Positions 28,048-37,963 of a DNA stretch of 64,000 nt are shown here, piece by piece. The notes beneath the pieces were generated by a model, which saw only the letters and a program-made list of their open reading frames with translations, made no database searches and was not told where the DNA came from. The stretch is taken from contig CAVGNR010000009.1 of the NCBI GenBank assembly GCA_963630675.1, forward strand, positions 886-64,885. Direction: 5' to 3'. A program made the translations under genes and the position numbers. Each line of letters starts with the position of its first letter. Position 1 is the stretch's first letter. The stretch comes from Escherichia coli (GTDB taxonomy: Bacteria; Bacillota_I; Bacilli_A; RFN20; CAG-826).

Positions 28048-28928
28048 GAGAAAATAAAGACATGAGCAAGAAAAAGAACCTCTTAGGGATGTCTTCCATC
28101 TTAAGAGCCCGCCGTATTTGCGTTTACTTTATCTTGATCATTTTAACCTTCCTTTGTCTCTTCCCAATTTGGACATTAGTTGTCAATATGACGCGTAGCA
28201 ATGGACAAATTGCAACAAGTTTCTCTTTCTGGTTTGGCACCAATTTCTTTGAGAACATGAAGAATGTTTTCTCCGATGATCACTTGCCTGTTCTTTCCGC
28301 TTTAGGAAACAGCGTTATTGTCTCCGTAGTCGGGTCGTTGCTTTGCGTCTATTTTTCTGCATTAACCGCTTACGCCATTGAGGTTTATCAATTCAAAGGA
28401 CGTGAAATCATCTTCAAGTTCATTTTGGTTATCATGATGATTCCAACAACCATTTCTGGTGTTGGTCTTGCTAGAATGCTTACTAGCATTGGCCAATCGG
28501 ATATGCTTTGGCCGCTGATTATTCCTTCTATTGCTTCGCCTATCACCTTCTTCTACATGAAACAATACATGGAGTCTGTCCTTCCGTTAGAGATGATTGA
28601 AGCAGCCCGTATTGATGGAGCAGGGGAGTTCCGTATCTTTAATCAAATGGCCTTGCCTATTATTAAGCCTGCTTTAGCTGTTCAACTTATCTTTGCCTTT
28701 GTTAGCAATTGGAATAACTTCTTTATCCCCGCTCTCTTAATTAGCGATAATAAAAAGAAAACGTTGCCGCTTATTATTGCTGCTGTTAAGGCTTCCGACC
28801 CATCTTCATTTGATATGGGTAAGGTATATGCTTTGATTGGCTTTGCTATCATACCGCTTGTTATTGTTTATCTTTTCCTCTCTAAATTCATCGTTGGCGG
28901 AACGACTGAAGGCAGCGTGAAAGGCTAA
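28044..28928 (+). CDS. ABC sugar transporter permease (MalG/UgpE-like)
   Basis: EAARIDGAGEFRIFNQMALPIIKP motif. Start overlaps the upstream stop (ATGA). Confidence 0.75.
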   Translation: MRENKDMSKKKNLLGMSSILRARRICVYFILIILTFLCLFPIWTLVVNMTRSNGQIATSFSFWFGTNFFENMKNVFSDDHLPVLSALGNSVIVSVVGSLLCVYFSALTAYAIEVYQFKGREIIFKFILVIMMIPTTISGVGLARMLTSIGQSDMLWPLIIPSIASPITFFYMKQYMESVLPLEMIEAARIDGAGEFRIFNQMALPIIKPALAVQLIFAFVSNWNNFFIPALLISDNKKKTLPLIIAAVKASDPSSFDMGKVYALIGFAIIPLVIVYLFLSKFIVGGTTEGSVKG

Positions 28929-28933
28929 AGAGC

Positions 28934-31789
28934 ATGTCTTTAAAACTTACCAATGCCAGAGAACTTCAATCGCCATTTCAAGGCATTCCTTCTTTGAAAG
29001 AGGAAGGATATCTATTTCCTTTTCGTAAATATATTGGCTTTGCGGGTTCTTTTCGTTCTGTTCCGTTGCTTTCTTTTCTAAGAAATGAACCCCTGTTTGT
29101 TCATTACATTTCAAATTTGGACGGAGACATACACTTGTTTCAAATTAAAAACGATGTCGTTTCTTTGGAAGGGAAAAGAATTCCAAAGGAAATAGAAGAC
29201 GTTATTTTATCTGCTTTGAAAAGCTTAGATTCTTATGGTGGTTATCTTGATGATGACGGTTCCCTTCATTTAGATTTAAAAAGCGGTGAAGTTGGGCCGC
29301 ATTATGGCGTGAATCTTCTTTTGGGCGATAGGAGCAACGTTGCTGATTGCTTATTAAGCACTCCTAAAAGCGTGCTTGATCCTTTTGCTAGAGGTTCTTT
29401 TCGTGGGCCTGCTGGTTATCAAATATTAGCATCCAGATGGGATGTTCTTCCTGAGGAAAACGGTAATCCTTTTAATAGGCAGTTTTATCTCATTGAGAAC
29501 GGAGAAATAATTTTCTATAGCGCTAGCATATCTAAGAATGTTGAAAAAGCAGAATGTGTCCATTCTGCTAACAAGACAACTATTCTTTATCTTTTAAAAG
29601 ACGGTCTTCAAATTAAGAGAACCTTCTTCTTGCCTTCTTATAAAGAAGGGGAACCTGAAGCGATCGAAATACAAACAGTAAGTCTTCTTTCTCCGACGGA
29701 TAGGAATATAGAGATATGTTTCACAGGCATGTTTGGTTTTTCGAATCCATCTTGCATGGAAAACGACGTGATTTATCAAACGGTCATTCAAGAAAGTTCG
29801 ATCATTCGAAACGAGAGAAACGAAATAGTCGCGTATTCCCCACATTACTACCCACATTATTTTTCAAACAAGAGAAGATTCTTTGGCTTTCGAGATGAAG
29901 ACTCTTTTCCCACCTCTTTTAGTAATGACGCCGCCTCTTTTTTAGGAAACGGGAATATAGAAAATCCTCAAGGTATATATCATTTAGACAATACATTACG
30001 GAAAAAAGGTGCTTCGTTTTTTGCTTTAAAGAAAGCAATATCTTTGAAGAAAAATAAAGAAAAATATTTATATAGCTACACAGGTCTCGTGGATTTAGAA
30101 AATGAGGAAGATTTTTTATCCAAATTAGAGAAATTTCTAGAAGATAAAAAAGATGTTTCTTCAATCAAAAAAGCTTTGCTAGAAAGAGAAGATTCTTTCC
30201 GAAGGTATGCTTCCTCCTTTGTTATCTCTTCCCAAGATAAAAAGTATGATTCTTTAGTCTCTAAGAATCTTCCGTTTCAAAATCTTTATCAAAGCTTTGT
30301 TAGTAGGAGTTTTGCACAGACTCAAAAAGGATATCGTGAAATCGGCTTTAGAGAAATCCAAGACCTATATGGGTCTATCCCTTATTTTGTTGCAAACGGG
30401 CAAAAAGATTTAGCGAAAAGCCTTTTATCTAATTGGATAAAAAACGTCTATTCCTTTGGTTACGCCAATCACAATTTCTACTATGAAGGAAAAGAACCAG
30501 GACAATGTAGTGATGACTCTTTGTGGCTTTTATTAGCGGTAAGTGAGTATATACACGCCAGTAACGATTTTGACATCTTGAACGAAGAATTCCCTATGGC
30601 TGAAGGGAATAAAACAAGAAAACTTAGAGATACATTAAAAGCGATTGTCATGTATTCTGGATGCATTTCGATTGGAAGACATGGTCTTCCTTTGCTTGAT
30701 AGCGCTGATTGGAATGATTGCTTAAAGATTGACGCCTCTGTTTTAAGAGGCCCAGAAAAGGAAAAAGAATATCAAAAACAACTTGAAGAAGGGATTATTC
30801 ATCATGGGGAAGCTTTAGTGAGCGATTATTCTGAATCCGTTATGAACGCTTTTCTTCTATTAACTGGTATACGTTCTCTCTTGAGCATAAATGCGTTTGA
30901 GGAAAATGAAACGTGTTTCTACCAAAGAATAAAAACTAGATTAGAAAGAAATATTCGCAAACATGCTTGGATCAATGATTTCTATGCTAGAGTGTTATTA
31001 AATTCAAATAGGGGCATCTCTTCTTTTGTGGGATCGCTTGGAGATGGATTGTCAAAAAACCCTGAGCTAAATAACGGAACCCTATATTTAAATTCCTTCT
31101 CTTGGAGCATTCTTTCCGGAATTGCTAGTGAGGAAGAAATTGCTAAAATGCTACCTCTTGTAGATCGCTATCTAAGAACGGATGTCGGGTATCGTTTAAC
31201 AACGGAAGGGGATCTTACTCTTCTAGGAAGCAAAGATTCTGCAACAAGCCATTACTTCCCGGGCGATAGAGAAAATGGTGGCGTTTTTAAACATGCGGCC
31301 ATGATGTTTGTGGAATCTCTTTTTGTTGGAGCGAAACGCGTCTCTTCTGAATCTTTAAAAGAAAGAATGTTAGATGACGCATTCTTCATGATGAGGAAAA
31401 CATACCCATACGAAGATATAGAGGATCCCTATATTAAAAAAGGAAATCCACGATTCTGTTGTCAATATGCAAATCCATTTACCAAAGAGGATATGGGCCC
31501 AATTCTTTCCGGAACGGCAACATGGCTTTTATTAGCAATCAAAGAAAGTATGGGCATCCCTTTCCTTAGCGATAAGAAAAAGATGCTGCCTTTGCTTGAA
31601 AAAGAGATAGGAGAACTATCCTATATTTATTCAACCTATCAAGCTAAATATTCCGTTCATTTACATAAAGAAATTGGAAAATACGCGACCCATGTATATA
31701 AATTCAGAATAGATGGAAAAGAAACATCAAATTTTAATTTTGATGAAAGTCTTCAAGGAGAGCATGTGCTAGACGTCTATTTGAAATAA
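28934..31789 (+). CDS. second GH94-like glycoside phosphorylase (951 aa)
   Basis: LLDSADWNDCLK motif shared with GH94 catalytic domains; size fits the family. The N-terminus is divergent from the first GH94 gene. Confidence 0.5.
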   Translation: MSLKLTNARELQSPFQGIPSLKEEGYLFPFRKYIGFAGSFRSVPLLSFLRNEPLFVHYISNLDGDIHLFQIKNDVVSLEGKRIPKEIEDVILSALKSLDSYGGYLDDDGSLHLDLKSGEVGPHYGVNLLLGDRSNVADCLLSTPKSVLDPFARGSFRGPAGYQILASRWDVLPEENGNPFNRQFYLIENGEIIFYSASISKNVEKAECVHSANKTTILYLLKDGLQIKRTFFLPSYKEGEPEAIEIQTVSLLSPTDRNIEICFTGMFGFSNPSCMENDVIYQTVIQESSIIRNERNEIVAYSPHYYPHYFSNKRRFFGFRDEDSFPTSFSNDAASFLGNGNIENPQGIYHLDNTLRKKGASFFALKKAISLKKNKEKYLYSYTGLVDLENEEDFLSKLEKFLEDKKDVSSIKKALLEREDSFRRYASSFVISSQDKKYDSLVSKNLPFQNLYQSFVSRSFAQTQKGYREIGFREIQDLYGSIPYFVANGQKDLAKSLLSNWIKNVYSFGYANHNFYYEGKEPGQCSDDSLWLLLAVSEYIHASNDFDILNEEFPMAEGNKTRKLRDTLKAIVMYSGCISIGRHGLPLLDSADWNDCLKIDASVLRGPEKEKEYQKQLEEGIIHHGEALVSDYSESVMNAFLLLTGIRSLLSINAFEENETCFYQRIKTRLERNIRKHAWINDFYARVLLNSNRGISSFVGSLGDGLSKNPELNNGTLYLNSFSWSILSGIASEEEIAKMLPLVDRYLRTDVGYRLTTEGDLTLLGSKDSATSHYFPGDRENGGVFKHAAMMFVESLFVGAKRVSSESLKERMLDDAFFMMRKTYPYEDIEDPYIKKGNPRFCCQYANPFTKEDMGPILSGTATWLLLAIKESMGIPFLSDKKKMLPLLEKEIGELSYIYSTYQAKYSVHLHKEIGKYATHVYKFRIDGKETSNFNFDESLQGEHVLDVYLK

Positions 31790-32455
31790 TTAGCGGAGAA
31801 TGTATCCGACCCCTCTAAGGGTTTCGATATGAACATTGGAAGAAGATATCTTCTTCCTTACACGAGAAATAAACATATCAACGGTTCGCGTTTCAATTCG
31901 ACAGTTTATTCCCCATATCTTGGATAAGAGTTCTTCCTTAGTGACCATTTTTTCGGCATTCTTAAGAAGATATTCCAAAAGGCCATATTCCTTTAAAGAT
32001 AAAGAGAGTGGGACGTCTTTTAAGTAAAAGGCGTGCATCTGCTTGTTAAGGGTCAATTCTTTATAAGTGATGGTATTGTTAAAGCCGTTTTTACGAAGAT
32101 TGGCTTTAACTCTCGCTAATAATTCCATTACACCAAAAGGTTTGGCGATATAATCTGACGCGCCAAGGTTCAACCCTTTGACCATGTCGCTTTCCCCACC
32201 TTTAGCGGAAATCATAATAACGGGTATGGCGGAATATTGCCCATGTGAGAGCTTCTCTAGAATTTCCATTCCATTCATTCCTGGTAGCATCACATCCAAA
32301 ATGATTAAATCAGGTTGTGTTCTTTTTAATTCATCAAAGAAAGACGCGCCATCTTGAAAAGCGACGCATTGGAAGCCGCCAACGCTCAAGGCATCTTCAT
32401 ATAAGGAACGAATATTTTCCTCATCATCTACACAATAAATTAATGGTTGGTTCAT
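31790..32455 (-). CDS. orphan OmpR-family response regulator
   Basis: Receiver domain (DDEENIR...DLIILDVMLPGMNG) plus a winged-helix C-terminus (RGVGYILR). No adjacent kinase. Confidence 0.7.
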   Translation of the reverse strand: MNQPLIYCVDDEENIRSLYEDALSVGGFQCVAFQDGASFFDELKRTQPDLIILDVMLPGMNGMEILEKLSHGQYSAIPVIMISAKGGESDMVKGLNLGASDYIAKPFGVMELLARVKANLRKNGFNNTITYKELTLNKQMHAFYLKDVPLSLSLKEYGLLEYLLKNAEKMVTKEELLSKIWGINCRIETRTVDMFISRVRKKISSSNVHIETLRGVGYILR

Positions 32456-32623
32456 AGACTAACAATTTTGTAACATTTGCATTATATCCCTTTGTTATCG
32501 CTCTTTTGCCGTTTTTGGCATCTTTTCAAAAAGCCTTACAATTCCTTTACATTCTTTTACAAGTCTATGATATAAGGATTTTTTCGGCTTTTTTAGAATG
32601 TTGGTGTTTGAAAGGCAAAAAGA

Positions 32624-33610
32624 ATGAAAAAAACATTAAAAACAATGATTCTTGCTCTTGCTGGCTTATCTTTATTCAGCTGCGGACAAGAACCAACCGA
32701 ATCCTCCTCAAAAAGTGTCGAAAGCACGGAGCCTACCCCAGCATTTACCCCTGTTGAATTAAAATCTTGCGGTTCTACATCCGTTGACAAAGTGATTACC
32801 GCTCTTGGTGCAAAATTTGCGGATTTAACCGGCAACAAAATCACATTAAAGAAAGACCAACATGGTAGTGGCGACGCTACAACTGGTGTTACTGCCGGAA
32901 AGAACAATACCAAATACGATATTGGTTTCTTATCCAGAGAAATCAAAGATTCTGAAAAAACGGTTCTTACTGAAGCAAACAAAACCGGAAAAATGTGCAA
33001 AGACGCCGTTGTTCCAATCGTGAATTCAGCAAACGCTTATTCCGCTACCGATAAAGCAACCTTAGTTGCCATGTATAAAGGCGAGAAGAAAACCTGGAAA
33101 GAAGTTGATTCTAGTTTATCTGGCAACATCCAACTTTATTCTAGAGAAGCAGGATCTGGAACAAGAGAATGTTTCTTTGAAGGTATCGGCTATGGCGATG
33201 TCAAAGCAGAAGACAAATGGCTTGATGGTGTTGTCGTTTCTAGCCAAGCTTCTAATGGCGACATGATGAACGCCATTAAAGCGGCCCCTCTTGGAATTGG
33301 CTATTGTTCATTAGATTCTCTTGCTACTGCAACCGGAATCAAAGGGCTTACTTTTGAAGGCGTTTCCGCTTCTGAAGACACTGTTAACGATGGAACTTAC
33401 AAATTAAGCCGTAATTTCAACTATGTTATCCGTGGCGATTATGATGCAACCTCTGAAAGAAAGATTGCTGTGAATGCCTTCGTTGACTTTATGAGCACCA
33501 AAGAAGGACTTGCAACCATTAAGACTGCTGGCGGCATCGTTTCCAATCTCGCTACCGCTCCAAGCTGGTCTAGCGTTCAACAAAGCAAGTATCCTGCTTT
33601 AGCGAAATAA
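32624..33610 (+). CDS. pstS: phosphate ABC transporter substrate-binding lipoprotein
   Basis: Lipobox LSLFSCGQ. PstS-like (SGSG, GSGTRE motifs). First gene of the pst operon. Confidence 0.8.
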   Translation: MKKTLKTMILALAGLSLFSCGQEPTESSSKSVESTEPTPAFTPVELKSCGSTSVDKVITALGAKFADLTGNKITLKKDQHGSGDATTGVTAGKNNTKYDIGFLSREIKDSEKTVLTEANKTGKMCKDAVVPIVNSANAYSATDKATLVAMYKGEKKTWKEVDSSLSGNIQLYSREAGSGTRECFFEGIGYGDVKAEDKWLDGVVVSSQASNGDMMNAIKAAPLGIGYCSLDSLATATGIKGLTFEGVSASEDTVNDGTYKLSRNFNYVIRGDYDATSERKIAVNAFVDFMSTKEGLATIKTAGGIVSNLATAPSWSSVQQSKYPALAK

Positions 33611-33612
33611 GA

Positions 33613-34620
33613 ATGAGTTCGTTAGAAAAAAAGAACAACATCTACGAAAGAAAAAGGCTTCTCGACAAAGTCGTGAAGTACTTTTTCTTATTTCTAGCAT
33701 TGTTATGTGCTTCCTTTGTAATCTTTATAGCAGTCTTTATTACGTACAAAGGGATTTATCCGTTTTTTCACAATTATTCGTTGATTGAAGGAAATTATAT
33801 TCATCAAGACATTGGTCAGTTTTTCACCAATCCTAGATGGTTATATGATGGGATGGGCGGCATGCCTTTCTTGTTACTCACTACTCTCTATACGACATTA
33901 TTGAGTTTGGTTATTTCCGTTCCAACATCGATTTTCACCGCTTTGCTTTTGGTGAGAATCGTTCCTAAATTTTTAAAAAGCATCCTCCAAAGTGCCGTGG
34001 ATTTATTAGCTTCCATTCCTTCTGTTATTTATGGTTTATTTGGAGCTGGCGTAATTTGCCCGATTGTCGCCTCGTTAGGGATAGAGACTTTCGGTGGAAG
34101 ATCCATTCTATCTGGCGTGATTGTTTTGGCGATGATGTCGATTCCAACAATGACAACCCTTTCTACGAATGCAATGGAAGCGGTGGATAAAAAATTGATC
34201 CAGTCTTCTATTGCCTTGGGAGCAAGCAAAGCCCAAACCAATTTTAAAATTGTTATCGGAACAGCTACATCCGGTATCTTTGCGGGAATTATCTTAGGCA
34301 TTGGAAGAGCGCTAGGCGAAGCAACCGCTATTCAAATGGTTATTGGAAACAATTCTCTAGGAACCTCTTTCTATAACGTTTTTGCTCCAGGAAACACTTT
34401 AACGAGTGCTATGTTGGCTGGTATTGGTGAAGCAGCTGGCATTGGTTATGACGTTCGTTTCTCTTTAGGCCTCGTTTTAATTATTGTAATTCTTATCGTT
34501 TCTTCATTGCTATCCGCAATAAAGCAAAGAATGAATCCAAATTACAAAAAAGAAGATTCTTTCTTCTACAAAATGAAATCACTTTTTAGAAAAAAGGAGG
34601 TAACTTCAAATGGAAAGTAA
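33613..34620 (+). CDS. pstC: phosphate ABC transporter permease
   Basis: Multi-TM protein with the EAA-like motif (IALGASKAQTNFKIV). Confidence 0.8.
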   Translation: MSSLEKKNNIYERKRLLDKVVKYFFLFLALLCASFVIFIAVFITYKGIYPFFHNYSLIEGNYIHQDIGQFFTNPRWLYDGMGGMPFLLLTTLYTTLLSLVISVPTSIFTALLLVRIVPKFLKSILQSAVDLLASIPSVIYGLFGAGVICPIVASLGIETFGGRSILSGVIVLAMMSIPTMTTLSTNAMEAVDKKLIQSSIALGASKAQTNFKIVIGTATSGIFAGIILGIGRALGEATAIQMVIGNNSLGTSFYNVFAPGNTLTSAMLAGIGEAAGIGYDVRFSLGLVLIIVILIVSSLLSAIKQRMNPNYKKEDSFFYKMKSLFRKKEVTSNGK

Positions 34621-35857
34621 AGAAATCGGGACCCCCTCTTTAAAGAAGAGAATTCATATGAGAAGAATCAAGGATTTAACTTCTTACTTCACGACAGTAT
34701 TATTCTCTCTTTTCACTTTCGCCATTTTGGTTTGGATGGTTGTATACGTTGTGCAAAATGGTGCGCAATATTTAACCTGGGATTTTATAACAGGGGATTA
34801 TAACCAACACTCTTACACAATTCGAAGCAAGGAGGGAAATGATGTTCCTCTCTCCTCCTATTTTGATAATTCTGATAACGTTGAGGCGTATTCCCATCGT
34901 TGGGGAATTGGTTTCGAAGATGGTAAAAACGGAGAAGAAGACGTCATTTATATCGTTTCGATTCAAGAAGAGTCACCATTTAACAATTTGGTAGATTCTA
35001 CTGGCGCGAAAATGTCCATTAACACCAATTATTTCCTTTCTTCGTTGGTTACTTTTGATGATGATGGGGATATGAGCGTATATGGCGCAAAAGAAGGGGC
35101 TAAAGCGTTAGCGGATGGTTTAGAAAAAGCCTTTTCTGTTTATGATGGAACTTTAACAAGCCAAGGAAAGGGTATTCGTGGATCTTTATTGACTACTCTT
35201 TGTTTGATTGGCTTTTCTTTATTGTTTGCCTTGCCATTAGGTATTGGTGGAGCTATTTATTTAGCTATCTATGCTAAAGACAACACACTTACAAGGGGCA
35301 TACGAACGCTTATTGATGTTACAAGCGGCATACCTTCCATCATCTTTGGCTTAGTTGGAGCGTTGATATTTATTCCTTTTGTGAATGGTATTACGGGGCA
35401 TACAGGTGGCTCTATTTTCTCTGGATCCTTTACTTTGGCGATTATGTTATTGCCTACAATCGTCAAAACGGTGGAAGAGTCTATCAAAGCGGTGCCTCCT
35501 TCTCTTTCACAAGCCTCTTTGGCATTGGGCGCAAGCAAAGTTCAAACCATCTTTAAGGTAACTCTCCCTAATTCGTTGCCAGGCATCTTAAGTGCGACTC
35601 TTCTTTCTATTGGAAGAATTATTGGAGAATCCGCAGCCCTTGTTTTCTCTATGGGCGCTGTGATTGGAGATAACGTTTCTTTATTAGATGGTCAAGCTTC
35701 TTTGGCCGTTCATATTTGGACTTGTTTACAAGGGGAATCCCCTCAATATGGATCAGCATGTGCCATTTCCATCATTATTTTGATTGTGGTCTTGTTGCTC
35801 TCCTTGTTTATTAAACTGCTCTCTTATCAATTAGAGAAAAAGAAAGGAAAACAATAA
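34610..35857 (+). CDS. pstA: phosphate ABC transporter permease with an inserted extracytoplasmic domain
   Basis: EAA-like motif ([17 protein letters not shown]). 415 aa, longer than a typical PstA. Confidence 0.75.
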   Translation: MESKEIGTPSLKKRIHMRRIKDLTSYFTTVLFSLFTFAILVWMVVYVVQNGAQYLTWDFITGDYNQHSYTIRSKEGNDVPLSSYFDNSDNVEAYSHRWGIGFEDGKNGEEDVIYIVSIQEESPFNNLVDSTGAKMSINTNYFLSSLVTFDDDGDMSVYGAKEGAKALADGLEKAFSVYDGTLTSQGKGIRGSLLTTLCLIGFSLLFALPLGIGGAIYLAIYAKDNTLTRGIRTLIDVTSGIPSIIFGLVGALIFIPFVNGITGHTGGSIFSGSFTLAIMLLPTIVKTVEESIKAVPPSLSQASLALGASKVQTIFKVTLPNSLPGILSATLLSIGRIIGESAALVFSMGAVIGDNVSLLDGQASLAVHIWTCLQGESPQYGSACAISIIILIVVLLLSLFIKLLSYQLEKKKGKQ

Positions 35858-35859
35858 TT

Positions 35860-36621
35860 ATGGAAAACGAAACAATTTTTTCCTGCAAAAACGTAAATCT
35901 CTATTACGAGAATGGGAAAAAACACGCGTTAAAAAACATCAATATCGATATTTATAAAAACAAAGTCACTGCGTTTATTGGGCCATCTGGATGTGGCAAA
36001 TCCACTTTGTTACGTTGTTTTGATCGAATGAATGATTTGGTTGATGGTTGCAAAATTGAAGGTGAAATTCAATTTTCCGGACAAGATATCAATACCATAA
36101 ACACAATCTATCTAAGAACGAAAGTGGGGATGGTTTTCCAACAGCCAAACCCTTTCCCAATGTCGATTAAAAACAATGTTATATACGGCCCAAAATGCCA
36201 AGGAGAAAGACGTAAAGATTATTTGAATCAGCTTGTTCAGGAATCTCTAACGGAAGCAAGCCTTTATGATGAAGTAAAAGATGAGCTTAACAAAAATGCG
36301 ACAGCTCTATCTGGTGGACAACAACAAAGACTTTGCATCGCTAGAACCTTGGCAATGAAACCAGATGTGATTTTAATGGACGAACCTACAAGCGCTCTTG
36401 ATCCTATTGCCACAGCAAAAATTGAAGAATTGATTAAGGAATTAAAAAAGAAATACACCATTGTGATTGTTACACACAACATGCAACAAGCGGCACGTAT
36501 TTCAGATTACACCGCATTCTTTATGCTTGGTGAACTTGTCGAATATAGCAAAACAGACGATTTCTTTGCTCATCCAAAAGATAAAAGAAGCAACGATTAC
36601 ATTACAGGGAGGTTTGGATAA
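35860..36621 (+). CDS. pstB: phosphate ABC transporter ATP-binding protein
   Basis: Walker [10 protein letters not shown], signature [16 protein letters not shown], Walker [12 protein letters not shown]. Confidence 0.9.
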   Translation: MENETIFSCKNVNLYYENGKKHALKNINIDIYKNKVTAFIGPSGCGKSTLLRCFDRMNDLVDGCKIEGEIQFSGQDINTINTIYLRTKVGMVFQQPNPFPMSIKNNVIYGPKCQGERRKDYLNQLVQESLTEASLYDEVKDELNKNATALSGGQQQRLCIARTLAMKPDVILMDEPTSALDPIATAKIEELIKELKKKYTIVIVTHNMQQAARISDYTAFFMLGELVEYSKTDDFFAHPKDKRSNDYITGRFG

Positions 36622-37265
36622 TGGAAATAGATGAAAGAATGAATGCGATTTGCATCAATATGATGTCGATGTTCGATATCACGATTCAGTATTTAGATGA
36701 AGCGATTGATGTGTATTTGAATTCAAGCGTGATGAGAACGCCTAAAATTGACGACAACAAAGTTGATCATTTGGAACGTTCAATCGAGGAAGAATGTCTC
36801 ACCCTTATCTTAAAGGAAAGACCTTTCTCTAAAGATCTTCGAAAAGTGACTGGCATTTTTAAAATGGTGGAAGATATTGAACGTTTGGGAGATCATGCGG
36901 AAGATTTGTTTTGGAGCATCAGCAATCTTTTGAAATATTCCCAAGGAATTCGTATTGATTCTTTGATTGAAGAAGCGAAAGTGGCTATGAGCATGGTGAA
37001 AGACTCCTATGTCGCCTTCGTGAAAGGTGACGTTAAACTTGCTGAAGAAATCTGTAAGCGTGATGATGTGGTGGATGCGCTTTATTTGCAATCATTAAAA
37101 GAAATTCCTCATGTTAAAGACCAATATCATTTGAAAGATGATTTCATTTTATACTCCACATTATTAAGCAAATATCTTGAGAGAGTAGCCGATCACGCTT
37201 CAAATATTGCCGAGTGGGTAAATTACATTGAGACGGGTTATTATAAAGACGAAATCATTATTTAA
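36621..37265 (+). CDS. phoU: phosphate signalling complex protein PhoU
   Basis: 214 aa two-repeat helical protein immediately after pstB; E(D)xxxD-type metal-binding repeats. Confidence 0.8.
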   Translation: MEIDERMNAICINMMSMFDITIQYLDEAIDVYLNSSVMRTPKIDDNKVDHLERSIEEECLTLILKERPFSKDLRKVTGIFKMVEDIERLGDHAEDLFWSISNLLKYSQGIRIDSLIEEAKVAMSMVKDSYVAFVKGDVKLAEEICKRDDVVDALYLQSLKEIPHVKDQYHLKDDFILYSTLLSKYLERVADHASNIAEWVNYIETGYYKDEIII

Positions 37266-37282
37266 CGTATAATGTTATTATT

Positions 37283-37963
37283 ATGGCTAACAAAGATTAT
37301 TTAATTTATTCGTTAGAGGACGATCCTAATATTTCCCACTTGCTAGATTTGGCTTTAAGCGGGCAAGGGTACCGTTTTAAGCCGTTTTTAGAATATGCGG
37401 ATTTCAAACAGTCTTTCGAAAAAGAAAAACCAAACATGATTCTTTTAGATTTAATGCTTTCGGTGAAATCCGGTGAAGAGATTCTAAAAGAAATCCGTAT
37501 GGATTCTTCTAACGATGATATTCAAGTCATTATTATTTCTGCTAAAAATCTCACTATTAACAAAATCGATGGTTTGGATTTAGGCGCAGACGATTATATT
37601 TGTAAGCCTTTTGATGTTATGGAACTTATCTCTAGGGTAAATGCTAGAGCGCGTCGTTATTTAAAGAAAGAGAGCTTACGAATTCGTTCGCTTTCTTTTG
37701 ATTTGAATAATCGTGTGGTGAAAAAAGACGGAGTTGAAATTCATTTTACCCAAGGCGAAAGCACAGTTCTCTTTGAATTAGCTAAGAATGTTGGAAAGCC
37801 TGTTACTCGTGATGATCTTTATAAAGCCCTTTGGGGTGATGTAAGTGGCTTTGAAACGAGAACACTAGACGTTCATATCAAAGAAATTCGTAGAAAATTA
37901 TCACCCGACAACGACATTATCGAAACCGTTTATGGTTTGGGGTATAAATTGAAAAATGAATAA
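37283..37963 (+). CDS. phoP: OmpR/PhoB-family response regulator (PhoP-like)
   Basis: Receiver plus winged-helix (TVYGLGYKLK). Overlaps the downstream kinase gene. Confidence 0.75.
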   Translation: MANKDYLIYSLEDDPNISHLLDLALSGQGYRFKPFLEYADFKQSFEKEKPNMILLDLMLSVKSGEEILKEIRMDSSNDDIQVIIISAKNLTINKIDGLDLGADDYICKPFDVMELISRVNARARRYLKKESLRIRSLSFDLNNRVVKKDGVEIHFTQGESTVLFELAKNVGKPVTRDDLYKALWGDVSGFETRTLDVHIKEIRRKLSPDNDIIETVYGLGYKLKNE

